A DNA stretch of 64,000 nucleotides, from IMG/VR virus record IMGVR_UViG_2865217878_000004; one strand, written 5' to 3'. A program made the translations under genes and the position numbers. Origin of the DNA: an uncultured virus (IMG/VR IMGVR_UViG_2865217878_000004). Lineage: Duplodnaviria; Heunggongvirae; Uroviricota; Caudoviricetes. The notes under the pieces are model-generated. The model saw only the letters and a list, made by a program, of their open reading frames with translations. It had not been told where the DNA came from and did not search any database. This document shows, piece by piece, positions 37,909-47,109 of this stretch; the first letter of the stretch is position 1; the number at the start of each line of letters is the position of its first letter.

Positions 37909-40893
37909 TCACACCCCTGCGGCGCGGGCGATCTGTCCCTGAAGGTGCTGCGCGAGCACCATCGGGTCGGTCATGTTCGATCGCAGGTGCCAGTGGTTGG
38001 TGATCGTCGTGGGTCCGCCCACGCCTTGTCTGGCCAGAAGCTCCAGCAGACCGGACTGCTCGGCCAGTTCGAAGGCGCGGCGGGGCCGGGTGAGAGGGAT
38101 GACGACCTCGGGACCGGCCTCGCCGATCAGCGCCCGGGTGGGCGCGGTGACGATCGCGCCGGCCGCGAGACCAGGGATGAAGTCCAGCGCTCCCGAGACG
38201 GCCCCGGAGAACGCGTCAGCGAGCTGGCCTCCGATGTCCCCGATGGCGTCGAGGATCATCCCGGGCAGTTGACCGAACTCGGACACGATGTCCCCAATGA
38301 GTTCGCCGACTCCGTTGAGAACCGTGCCAGCGGCACCGGTGAAGACACCTGCGATGCGTGAGCCGACGTTCCCGATCTCATCCATGACGCCAGGGACCAG
38401 GCCGGCGAACCGGGAGATGATGTCCGCGACGAACCCGGCGACCGCACCGAGAACCATCCCGGGCAGTCCGAGGAACAGCCCGACAATGGCGGTGATCAGG
38501 TCAGGGATGATCGAGTTCCCGACCAACGTGTTATAGAGACGCTGGAAGAAACCGATGACCGATTCCACGAAGCTCGCGATCGGTTCCAGCAGACTGGTGA
38601 TAGCCGACAGCAGACCGCCGAGAGCAGCGATGATCCCTTCAAGGATCGGGACAACGACGGATGTGCGCAGCCAACCCATGATCGCCGCCGTGACCTGAAG
38701 GATCGGGTTGATCAGCGCGACGACGATCTGCACCAGCGGCGTGATGGTCTCGACCAGCAGCGTGACCAGCGACGCCAGTTGCGGCAGAACCGGAATCAGC
38801 GGGTTGATCGCGACCAGCAGGAGCTGCGTCAGGGTCGGGATCAGCGGGAGGAGAGCGACCAGCAGCTCGCCCAGCGCCGGGATCAACTCCTCCGCGATCG
38901 GCGGCAGAACCGCAAGAATCAGCGGCAGCAGCTCCCCGAATGCCACGGCGAGCTGCTCGCCGAGCATCTCCGCGACCGGCCCCAGCGCGACGGCGAGGTT
39001 GTCGAACGCCTCCGCAAGAACCGGGATCACCGGCTGCAAGCTGTCGGTCAGGACGCCGATCAGCGGTTCCAGCAGCGTGATCGCCAGCAGCAGCGCGTCC
39101 GCGAGGACACCGCCGAACACCCCGGCCAGCTCGCCTACCAGGGGCAGCAGCGGCGACAACGCCGTCAAAGCGGCGCCGATGGCCTCGCCCAGCGGCTCCA
39201 GCGCTGGCCCCAGCGCATCCAGCGCCAGTGCGAGCCCTTCCGCGACCGGCGTCAGTGCCTGGAGTACCGGCCCGAGCGCCCCGCCGAGCTCGGCGATGAG
39301 CCCTTGCAGCGCCGGGCCGATGGCCTGGAAGACCGGGACCAGCGCCGGGGCCAGCGTGCCGACCTGGCGTACCAGCTCGGTGAAGATCGGGCCGAGCGCC
39401 TGCCCGACCGCGTTCAGCCCCTGGAAGAGGCCGATGAGCGCCTGCGATCCCTCGGTGCTGTTGAAGAACGCGGCCAGATGGCCGGTCAGGCTCCCCAGAA
39501 CACCGAGCAGATCACCCCCTGTCGCCCCTGCCGCTTGGAAGACGCTCCGCAGAATGGAGCCGACATTTTGAAGAATCGTTCCTGCGGCTGAGAAGACATC
39601 AAGCGCTCCTCGAACCCATGCGATGGCCTGGTCACCGCTCGCGGCCGCATTGAGAAAATTCGCGAGGCGCGTATTCAGGCCGACAATGGCGTCTTGCGCA
39701 TCCTGGCCGAACTCCTCCGCGATGACCTGCCCCAGGCGGAGAAAACCCTCAACAACTGGGGCGATCGAGTCAGCCAGGCCGCGAGTGGCCTGCTGCGCGC
39801 CGCTGACGATCCCCTGGATCGCATCGACGCCCTGAGCGGTGGTCAGGAAGTCCGAGACGTTCCGTGCCGCCAGGCCGAAGCTGCCGGAAATCGACGACAG
39901 CTGGGCTTCCAGCGGACCGCCCAGCGCGGCGGCGAGCTCGGTGATCTCGCCTTCGAGCTGGCTGAAGAAGGCGTCCTGAACGCTGTTGCGCAGGCCCTCG
40001 AAGGCAGGGCGCAGCGCCCGGACTTCTCGGGCGGCGCTCTGGGCGGCGGGCGAAAGCTGTTCAAGGGATTGGGTGAACTCTTCGGAGGTGCCGGTCAGGG
40101 CGGCGGAGAAGGCGTCCGAGACCCCGGACAGAGCCAGTTGCAGCGCCGCGAACGCGGCCACCGAACCGCCGAGGACGGCGGGGAAGGCGGCCAGGATACC
40201 GGCTGCCGGGGCGAGCGCGGCGGTGAACTGCACCAGCGCCGCGGCACTGGCCGCGGCCTGGGCCACCAGGATCGACAGCCCCAGGCCGCGAGTGAGCAGA
40301 GAGCCGACGTTGCCCGCAGTGCTGCCCAGCGCTGACAGCGAGCGGGTCAGGGAGTCCGCATCCGCGGTCACCGGAACCGTGACCGACGGCGGACGGTGCG
40401 CCCGGATCGCGGCGTCGAACCCGGTCAGGTCCGGGGTGACGCGGACGCTCAGCGGCGGCAACCGGTTCAGGCCGCGCTGGAGATCCAGCCAGAACTGTGC
40501 GGGTGAGTCCGGGGTGACCTGGACACTCGCCGACAGACCTGCGAGAGCACCGTCGATGGAGCTGCGCAGCGCCGCGGTGTCGGCCTGGACATCGACCGTC
40601 GCGGTGATCCCGTCCAGGGCCGTCTCGATTGACTGCCGCAGCCCAGCCGTGTCCGCCTGGACACCGACCGTTGCGCTCAGTCGGTCGAGCGAGTCCTGGA
40701 TGTCGTCAGCGATCTGACGACCGGCCCGCTCACCAGTGGTCCGCAGCGCGCGGCGGATGGACGTATCCAGCGCTCTGCCGGCATCCCGCCCAGCGCTGGA
40801 CAGCTCAGTCCGCAGCTCCGCGCGGAACTGCGAGGTGTCGGCGACAACGAGGACCGAGGCGCGCCCGTACGGCGGTGTGGACACCTGGCGCAC
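37909..40893 (-). CDS. Tail tape measure protein
   Basis: 994 aa, Ala/Leu-rich amphipathic repeats, C-terminal IGEAGPEVVIPL. Confidence 0.95.
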   Translation of the reverse strand: MRQVSTPPYGRASVLVVADTSQFRAELRTELSSAGRDAGRALDTSIRRALRTTGERAGRQIADDIQDSLDRLSATVGVQADTAGLRQSIETALDGITATVDVQADTAALRSSIDGALAGLSASVQVTPDSPAQFWLDLQRGLNRLPPLSVRVTPDLTGFDAAIRAHRPPSVTVPVTADADSLTRSLSALGSTAGNVGSLLTRGLGLSILVAQAAASAAALVQFTAALAPAAGILAAFPAVLGGSVAAFAALQLALSGVSDAFSAALTGTSEEFTQSLEQLSPAAQSAAREVRALRPAFEGLRNSVQDAFFSQLEGEITELAAALGGPLEAQLSSISGSFGLAARNVSDFLTTAQGVDAIQGIVSGAQQATRGLADSIAPVVEGFLRLGQVIAEEFGQDAQDAIVGLNTRLANFLNAAASGDQAIAWVRGALDVFSAAGTILQNVGSILRSVFQAAGATGGDLLGVLGSLTGHLAAFFNSTEGSQALIGLFQGLNAVGQALGPIFTELVRQVGTLAPALVPVFQAIGPALQGLIAELGGALGPVLQALTPVAEGLALALDALGPALEPLGEAIGAALTALSPLLPLVGELAGVFGGVLADALLLAITLLEPLIGVLTDSLQPVIPVLAEAFDNLAVALGPVAEMLGEQLAVAFGELLPLILAVLPPIAEELIPALGELLVALLPLIPTLTQLLLVAINPLIPVLPQLASLVTLLVETITPLVQIVVALINPILQVTAAIMGWLRTSVVVPILEGIIAALGGLLSAITSLLEPIASFVESVIGFFQRLYNTLVGNSIIPDLITAIVGLFLGLPGMVLGAVAGFVADIISRFAGLVPGVMDEIGNVGSRIAGVFTGAAGTVLNGVGELIGDIVSEFGQLPGMILDAIGDIGGQLADAFSGAVSGALDFIPGLAAGAIVTAPTRALIGEAGPEVVIPLTRPRRAFELAEQSGLLELLARQGVGGPTTITNHWHLRSNMTDPMVLAQHLQGQIARAAGV

Positions 40894-40936
40894 CTCCGGG
40901 CAGCGCGCGCCCCGAGAAAGACGGGGGCGTGTGCCC

Positions 40937-40982
40937 GGCCCACCAGCCAGCGGCTACGGCCGGGAGGGTAGACGCGTGTACG
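40937..40982 (-). promoter_or_regulatory. Phage-specific promoter motif plus downstream element before the tape measure gene
   Basis: CGTACACGCGTCTACCCT...AGCCGCTGGCTGGTGGGCC. Confidence 0.8.
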
Positions 40983-41090
40983 GGGGCGTCAGCGGGCCTT
41001 CGACGCCGCCCCGTTCGGAGGCGCTGGCCTGCCGAGCCAGTACCTCCGAACGGGCGGGGCGTGCGCCAGCGCCCAGTAGCAGGATGCGAG

Positions 41091-42128
41091 CTACAGGCGC
41101 CGGATGCGCGGACGGAACAGACGTCTGCCGCGTTCGTGCACGGGAATGGCGAGGACCGCATGATGTGCGGATGGTCCGCCGAAGTAGGCCTGATTGGTTA
41201 CCAGGATCTTCTTGCCGAGGAAGGAAACACTGGCGGGAAGATCATAGGGAACATCCAGGCGATCGTTCTCGGCAGGGGTGGCGGGGATGCGAGTGATCTC
41301 CCGCCCTTCTGGACTAAGAACGAGTATGGCGTTGGCTAGAGCCAGCGCGACATAGATCTTTCCAGAACACCCGATTGCAAAGCCATCGGGTGTCTCCCCA
41401 ATATCCCCTTCCCAGAATATTTCGCGGCGCCCAGGATGCCCGTCACGACGTATCTCCAGAGTGTAGAGAAGTCCGTGAGCATTGGGGATCTCGCTGGGAT
41501 CGCGGAGTTCGTGGGCGGACTGCGCAAACAGCAGTGTGCGTCCGTGGTCGAGGAAGCGGATGCCGTTGGGGCCGAACAACGAACGCAGATCTGGTGCGGT
41601 GTACCACGCCTCAGCAGAACCGCCGCCAGGAGCTACACGCCAGATCATGCCCTGGGTAAGGTTTGTGACATACAGAGTGCCGTCAGGGGCGAAGACGAGA
41701 TCGTCCGGAACGGGCGGCTCATTGGCGGGGGTATCGGCGCTACCTCCGCTCGGGAGTTCGCTAGGACCAGGGGGAACCCCGGGAAGTTCAGCGTAGACGG
41801 ACTGTTTCCGGGTTCGAGGGTCCAGGGTAAGTATCCGTGAGGGTGCCCGATCGAGGATATACACGATGCCGTCGTGATCTACTGCCAGCCCGAGAATGCC
41901 CTGGCCAGTCGGGTTCTGCCCCTCAATGGTGAAGTCGGCAGTGATCTCACCGCGGCGATTGTAGGCGTAGAGGTGAGAGGGGACGTTGGGAAGACCTGAG
42001 GAGTCCTGGTGCGTTCCCACATAGACAACGTTGCGATGGATGGCGATCCCTTCCGGGTGACCCGGGAAAGGGACGTGACCGAAAACGTCGGTGCGGAATG
42101 AGGGGTGTCGCCGGAGGAAGGGGGACAT
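41091..42128 (-). CDS. SMP-30/gluconolactonase-like beta-propeller, copy B
   Basis: Clear paralogue of 31204-32280. Confidence 0.8.
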   Translation of the reverse strand: MSPFLRRHPSFRTDVFGHVPFPGHPEGIAIHRNVVYVGTHQDSSGLPNVPSHLYAYNRRGEITADFTIEGQNPTGQGILGLAVDHDGIVYILDRAPSRILTLDPRTRKQSVYAELPGVPPGPSELPSGGSADTPANEPPVPDDLVFAPDGTLYVTNLTQGMIWRVAPGGGSAEAWYTAPDLRSLFGPNGIRFLDHGRTLLFAQSAHELRDPSEIPNAHGLLYTLEIRRDGHPGRREIFWEGDIGETPDGFAIGCSGKIYVALALANAILVLSPEGREITRIPATPAENDRLDVPYDLPASVSFLGKKILVTNQAYFGGPSAHHAVLAIPVHERGRRLFRPRIRRL

Positions 42129-42166
42129 GCGGACCTCTTGGGCGTCGTTGCTGATCATTGATGCCC

Positions 42167-42213
42167 GGCCCACCAGCCAGCGGCTACCCGCGTAAAGGGT
42201 AGGCGCGTGTACG
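42167..42213 (-). promoter_or_regulatory. Phage-specific promoter motif plus downstream element before lactonase copy B
   Basis: CGTACACGCGCCTACCCT...AGCCGCTGGCTGGTGGGCC. Confidence 0.8.
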
Positions 42214-42219
42214 GGGGTG

Positions 42220-42792
42220 TCAGCCGTCCGCGAAGTCCTCGTGCTCGGCGAGAGCGGCGAGTTCGGCGGCCTGCTGTGCCAGGTCAGCGTCGCTGAATCC
42301 GGGCGGACGCGCGCCGGCCCGGATCATCTCCGGCGGCGGTGTGAAGACCCGCTGCTCCAGCCGCACGAGATCCTTCTCATCCCGGCATGCCGCACGCAGC
42401 CACGCCAGCACGGCCGCGCAGATGCGATGCGCCGGCGCGCCCGCCGGGTCGAACCCGTGTGTCACGGTCCACGCTGCGAAGTCGCGCCAGCGGGACTGCG
42501 CGGTGGCACACAACCGGATCGCCGCCCACCACGGCATCCCGTAGATCTCCTCGGCCAGACCAGTAGCGATCCGCCAAGTCGTCCGCCAGCTGATCGGACC
42601 GAGCGGGTCACGAAGCTCGGACATCCACACCCCCCGGCATTCAGCGGCCAGCAGGCCGGGAACGATCTCGGGCCACTGGCCGGCGGCGGCGATCCCGGCC
42701 AGCACACTGCCGTCGTCAGGGAGATCGAGCGCGTACTCGACGCCGTCGACCGTGAACCACAGGCGCCCCGCACCGGCAGGGCCGAACCTCAT
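42220..42792 (-). CDS. Tail assembly chaperone (second)
   Basis: G.PWW.A..L pattern; ATGA-coupled; upstream of the tape measure. Confidence 0.65.
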   Translation of the reverse strand: MRFGPAGAGRLWFTVDGVEYALDLPDDGSVLAGIAAAGQWPEIVPGLLAAECRGVWMSELRDPLGPISWRTTWRIATGLAEEIYGMPWWAAIRLCATAQSRWRDFAAWTVTHGFDPAGAPAHRICAAVLAWLRAACRDEKDLVRLEQRVFTPPPEMIRAGARPPGFSDADLAQQAAELAALAEHEDFADG

Positions 42793-43235
42793 GCCCGCGC
42801 GCGCGGCGGGGTGCGCGTTCCCTTGCCCTTCTTCCGGACCGCGTTCTTGGCCGCCGTCGCCTGCCGCTTCGGTTCCGGCTCGGCCAAGCCCATCTCCTCG
42901 CGCTGTGCCCGGAGGTCGGGCTCGTAGTGCTCGCTGACGAGGTTGAGCAGGTGAAGGACGTATCGCAGGGTGACGCGGCGGTTGCCCAGGTCGAGCACCT
43001 TCGCCAGCAGCTGGTCCGCATCCTCTGGTGTGAACAGGCTCTGGAGGATCTGATGGACCGCCTCGCGCTGAGCGGCCGGGTCGCTCGCACGTTCCTGGAG
43101 CTCCGCCAGGATCAGGCCGACGCTGTCCTTCGGGCAGTGCGCCTGGTACACCTCCCCGTCGATCCGGACGGGAACGGGAGGTAGATCGTCCGGGGCATAG
43201 CCAGCATCGGCATCGATGACGAAGTCGGTAGGCAC
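42789..43235 (-). CDS. Tail assembly chaperone (first)
   Basis: V.IDGEVYQA.CPK; position upstream of the tape measure. Confidence 0.7.
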   Translation of the reverse strand: MPTDFVIDADAGYAPDDLPPVPVRIDGEVYQAHCPKDSVGLILAELQERASDPAAQREAVHQILQSLFTPEDADQLLAKVLDLGNRRVTLRYVLHLLNLVSEHYEPDLRAQREEMGLAEPEPKRQATAAKNAVRKKGKGTRTPPRARA

Positions 43236-43261
43236 AGCTCTTCCCCCTTGTTCGGGAGCCC

Positions 43262-43308
43262 GGCCCACCAGCCAGCGGCTTGCGCGCGGGAGGGTAGAGG
43301 CGTGTACG
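43262..43308 (-). promoter_or_regulatory. Phage-specific promoter motif plus downstream element before the tail chaperones
   Basis: CGTACACGCCTCTACCCT...AGCCGCTGGCTGGTGGGCC. Confidence 0.8.
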
Positions 43309-43448
43309 CCGCGGCGCGCTGGATGGCTGCGGTGGAGAGCCGTGCGCTCGAGCGGCCAAGCAGCAGTGAGGCATCCCGTCGACGCTGGCTCACCACCACT
43401 TCTTGGCACTCTGTTGCAACTCCCGGCGGCCCCCAAGGCGTATAAGCA

Positions 43449-43483
43449 TGTTGACAACCGGTTTTCAAAACTCTTAAAATGGG
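43449..43483 (+). promoter_or_regulatory. Promoter/operator copy 3: TTGACA-N18-TAAAAT
   Basis: TTGACAACCGGTTTTCAA, one mismatch from a perfect 18-bp palindrome. Confidence 0.85.
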
Positions 43484-43609
43484 AGCTGTCGGCTTGGTTG
43501 CTTGTCCAAACCGTCCACCGAGCGAGCGAGATTCACGTTGATCACCAAGTGGCCGTCCGAATGGCGTCGCGCACGCCCCTCCGGGAACGTTTCAATCTGA
43601 TTCAAGGAA

Positions 43610-44560
43610 GTGGTCATGACTATCTCGGGAAACCCCGAGGAAGAGTACGCCGGGCCGGAAGAGGAGGTGCTGTCCCTCGTCTCGCTGGGCCTGTCTTATG
43701 CGGCGATTGCCGAACATTTTCGCAGGCAGCATGGAGTTGTCGTCCCCTCGGAACGTATCGCTGCCATGGCGAGCAGCGCCGACCCGGAGATGTCAGAATG
43801 GTTGCAGCGGCCACTGGACTCTGTCTATGTGGTGATGTGGGTCGATGCCATCCGGCTCAAAATTCGAGGGACTGAGATGGCGAACAGGCCGGTATATGTC
43901 GTCTTTGCGATCGACGTCAACGGGCGCAGGGACATTCTCGGCCTGTGGGTTGGTGACGGCAGAGCGGAGAGCGCCCGATTCTGGCTACGGGTCCTTACCG
44001 AGGTTCAGAACCGTGGGGTTTCTGATGTTCTCCTCTTGGCTTGTGACGGTCTGCCTGGGCTGCCGCAGGTTGTGAACACTGTCTGGCCAGAGGCGCTGGT
44101 CCAGCGCTGCATAGTCCACTTGGTGCGTCGAAGCTGGGAGCTGGCGGGAAAGCAGCGGCACTGGGCGAAAGTGGGGCCAGCCCTGAGAAGAGTTTTTAAT
44201 GCTCCGACGATGATGCGCGCTATGGATGCGCTGGAGGAATTTGAAGATGAGTGGGGCGAAAGATTCCCGGCCATCGTCAAACTGTGGCGCAAGGATTGGG
44301 CGGACATCAGTCCGTTCCTGGAGCTTCCCTTTCACGTGCGTCGCATCGTGAGTTCGACGAATCCGGTCGAATCGCTTAACGCCAAAATCAGGAAAGTCTC
44401 CAATGTGCGGATCTATTTTCCCGATGAGGCATCAGCATTGCGAACGCTGTATCTCGCCATGGTCAAGTATTGGAGCCCTCGTTCCATGCGGGAATGGCCT
44501 GAGGCGCTGAACGTCTTCCACACCTATTTCCCCGGGCGTCTCTTTCTGGACGCAGACTGA
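43610..44560 (+). CDS. IS256-family transposase derivative, N-terminally shortened
   Basis: WVDAI..KIR, CDGL.GL, QRC.VH, STN.VES.N; about 100 aa shorter than typical; no terminal IRs seen. Confidence 0.85.
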   Translation: MVMTISGNPEEEYAGPEEEVLSLVSLGLSYAAIAEHFRRQHGVVVPSERIAAMASSADPEMSEWLQRPLDSVYVVMWVDAIRLKIRGTEMANRPVYVVFAIDVNGRRDILGLWVGDGRAESARFWLRVLTEVQNRGVSDVLLLACDGLPGLPQVVNTVWPEALVQRCIVHLVRRSWELAGKQRHWAKVGPALRRVFNAPTMMRAMDALEEFEDEWGERFPAIVKLWRKDWADISPFLELPFHVRRIVSSTNPVESLNAKIRKVSNVRIYFPDEASALRTLYLAMVKYWSPRSMREWPEALNVFHTYFPGRLFLDAD

Positions 44561-44804
44561 GGGGCGTGGTGTAGGCGTGTAATCGTGCTTCCCGGGAGAC
44601 CCCCCCGCACAGCGCCCCTCGGGGGACCGGCCGACTGCGGTCGGTGTAGACGGTCTCGGCTGGGGCGCCGACGCGGGTTCGCCCATGGTGCCCGTCTGGA
44701 ACCGCCGGGGGTCGAGCGGCTCCCTCCGTAGCCGTCATCCGACAGCAGCGGAGGGCGCCGCTACGCTGAACGACCTGATGAACTTGCAAGGGAGGAGCAC
44801 CGTC

Positions 44805-45172
44805 GTGAGTCGGCCCCTTCTCTACCTTGACGTGGACGGCCCGCTGAATCCGTACGCTGCGAAGCCGGAGCGTCGCCCAGAGGGCTATACGACACACCGG
44901 GTGAGGCCCGAGAGCTGGATCGCCCAGCACCCGGGAAAGCCCCGGGTGTACATCAAGCCACTTCGGATCTGGCTCAACCCCAGCCACGGCCGACAACTTC
45001 TGCAACTGGCCGAGGTATACGACCTGATCTGGGCGACCACTTGGGGCGACGAGGCGAACACGTTCATCTCTCCGGTCCTCGGGCTGCCCGAGCTGCCGGT
45101 TGTGGACTGGCCCACGATGCATGACGCGGGGCCAGACGGGACGTTCTGGAAGACGCGCCACCTTGTCGCGCA
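44805..45172 (+). pseudogene. HAD-domain protein, 5' part (interrupted)
   Basis: LYLDVDGPLNP, WATTW, WKT; continues at 51019. Confidence 0.88.
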
Positions 45173-45433
45173 CGCGGCTTTACCGACTGCTAGGGCGTTC
45201 GCTTCGATGCCGAGGTGCGCAGATGCGTCGCGGGCATGTGCGGGATGGGGACCGTCATTCAGTCTGGCGGGCCGGTTCTCGCTGTTCCGTACACGGTTCT
45301 GACGAATTTGGAGTCGGCAGGGGAATTTGTTCACTGCAGGGCATGTAAAACAAGAAGGTATTCTAGGATCGGCAGCGAGAAGGGCACGTTACCTGAGACG
45401 ACGAGTAAGCAAGAGTGAGCCGCGAGCGGGTCT

Positions 45434-46369
45434 TCACGACCCACTCCCACCACTCACGCCAAGTGCATCTCGCAAATCAGGAATCGCCGCAATCTCCTCC
45501 TCGATCTGCGGCGCCTGATCACTTTCATTCCCACCTGCAGTTGCATAGACATCGACCAGCTCACGAAGATGTCGCTCATGCGCGTCCAGGCAGCTACGAA
45601 CCGCCTCCAACGGCTCCATCTCGCGCCCTCGCCATTTGAGGAGCCGTGGCGATTCTGAGGACAAACCCCTACTCCTCAACGCCTCCAACTCCTGCAATGT
45701 CCACGCTTCCTGGCATTGAGCCAGCAGCTTCCCAAGTTCGGAGCGGAGGTAGTTGATGGCTGCCCTTCGGGGATAAAATAGAACCGGCGACTGAAGCGTT
45801 TCATTGAAAGCGGCAACTCTTGTCGCGTTATAGACAACGGTCACGCGCGCCTTGAATGAAGCAACGGCCGGCCACTGCGACGTAGACAAGGAAGGTGACC
45901 AATCTAGACACACTCTGTCTACACTGCTCGGTTTCAACTCTTGGGAAAGTGGTATAGGAACTAGCACTTCTTTCGGCAGTTGGCGAATAAGTTGCTCTGC
46001 GCGGACATAAGCCCCGTATCTTGCCGACCATTCTGTCAGGTTCGCCCTGCTCAGGATGTCCTCCGACGGATCCCGGAGCCGAGGCATCTCCGTACCTGTG
46101 TGGTAAATAATTTCGGAGAGTTCCAGTTTCAGGGCATGAACATACGCTGGCTGTCCACCGTTATTAAGTAGCTTGACGTCGATGATTAACTCTGGGAGAG
46201 GCTGGCCTAGGCTGGCCCGTTCCGCAGGCTCAAGGTTGCGCGGTTCAACCAAGGCGACATCAACGAGCATGACGTGCGCCTTGGTTGGGGTGCGAGCCTT
46301 CGTTGCCGCCCAAGCGCCGATTAGGGCACCTATGATGGTGCCTAGCCCTCCGATCACTGCCTCCTGCAT
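45434..46369 (-). CDS. Transposon cargo: low-GC hypothetical protein with N-terminal TM anchor
   Basis: MQEAVIGGLGTIIGALIGAWAA; TACAGT-N6-ATG leaderless-like start (ORF track starts at 46537). Confidence 0.65.
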   Translation of the reverse strand: MQEAVIGGLGTIIGALIGAWAATKARTPTKAHVMLVDVALVEPRNLEPAERASLGQPLPELIIDVKLLNNGGQPAYVHALKLELSEIIYHTGTEMPRLRDPSEDILSRANLTEWSARYGAYVRAEQLIRQLPKEVLVPIPLSQELKPSSVDRVCLDWSPSLSTSQWPAVASFKARVTVVYNATRVAAFNETLQSPVLFYPRRAAINYLRSELGKLLAQCQEAWTLQELEALRSRGLSSESPRLLKWRGREMEPLEAVRSCLDAHERHLRELVDVYATAGGNESDQAPQIEEEIAAIPDLRDALGVSGGSGS

Positions 46370-46533
46370 GGCAAGACTGTACGGGTTCAGGACGGGGGAA
46401 CGCCGCGCTTCGTGAGCGATCGCGCCAGTCGGCAGACCAAGGTGATAAGTCCAGAAACCGTCCGCGGCCAGGTCGGCCAAGCGCCGCCACACCTGTTCAC
46501 GGTCGAGTCGGTTCGGGAAGCCAGTCGAGGTGG

Positions 46534-47109
46534 TCATGTCTGTCCATATTCGAGGAGTTGGGCTTCGAGGTCGGCGATGCGTTTCTCGGCGAATCGGAGG
46601 TTGGAGCGGGCGCCTTCGATCCGTTCCTGGAGCTTGCGGTGCTCCTGGGTGAGCTGGTGGATACGGTGCTTGAGGGTGGTGTTCTCGGTGGCCAGCTGCT
46701 GGACGGACTCGCCGGGGACCATCTGGTCGAAGTCGCGGATCTGTCCCATGAGCTCACCGATCCGCTGCCGCTGGGCGAAGACCTCGTTCTGGGTGCGGGT
46801 CAGCTCGGCCTCGGCGTTCAAGGCACGCTCCCGCCAGGACGCCTCGATCCGCTCGTGCTGTTCCTGCCCGAGACGGTCGCGCTGGCTGCGGCTATCGGCG
46901 AGTGCGGTCTTCACGATGGCGCGAGCGTCGGTGTTCTCGTAGAGGAACGTGGCGGACACCCCGGCTCGTTCGGCGATGGCGCGGACGGTCAGGCGTCCGC
47001 GTTCGCGGCGGAGCTGGCCGATAGCCTTCTCGACCTGGGCGAGCTTGGTCTGGGTCTGCTGGCGACGGGCTGCGATAGCGGCCCTGGTGGATTCGGGTCC
47101 GGAGCTCAT
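46534..47109 (-). CDS. tnpC: TnpC-like coiled-coil/HTH protein (DUF6262-like)
   Basis: TVRAIAERAGVSATFLY plus a coiled coil; ATGA-coupled to tnpB. Confidence 0.8.
   Translation of the reverse strand: MSSGPESTRAAIAARRQQTQTKLAQVEKAIGQLRRERGRLTVRAIAERAGVSATFLYENTDARAIVKTALADSRSQRDRLGQEQHERIEASWRERALNAEAELTRTQNEVFAQRQRIGELMGQIRDFDQMVPGESVQQLATENTTLKHRIHQLTQEHRKLQERIEGARSNLRFAEKRIADLEAQLLEYGQT

Noticed and set aside
42220..43374. Programmed frameshift joining the tail chaperones
   Set aside because: The alternate frame is open, but I saw no canonical slippery heptamer, and the ATGA overlap explains coupling. Not excluded.
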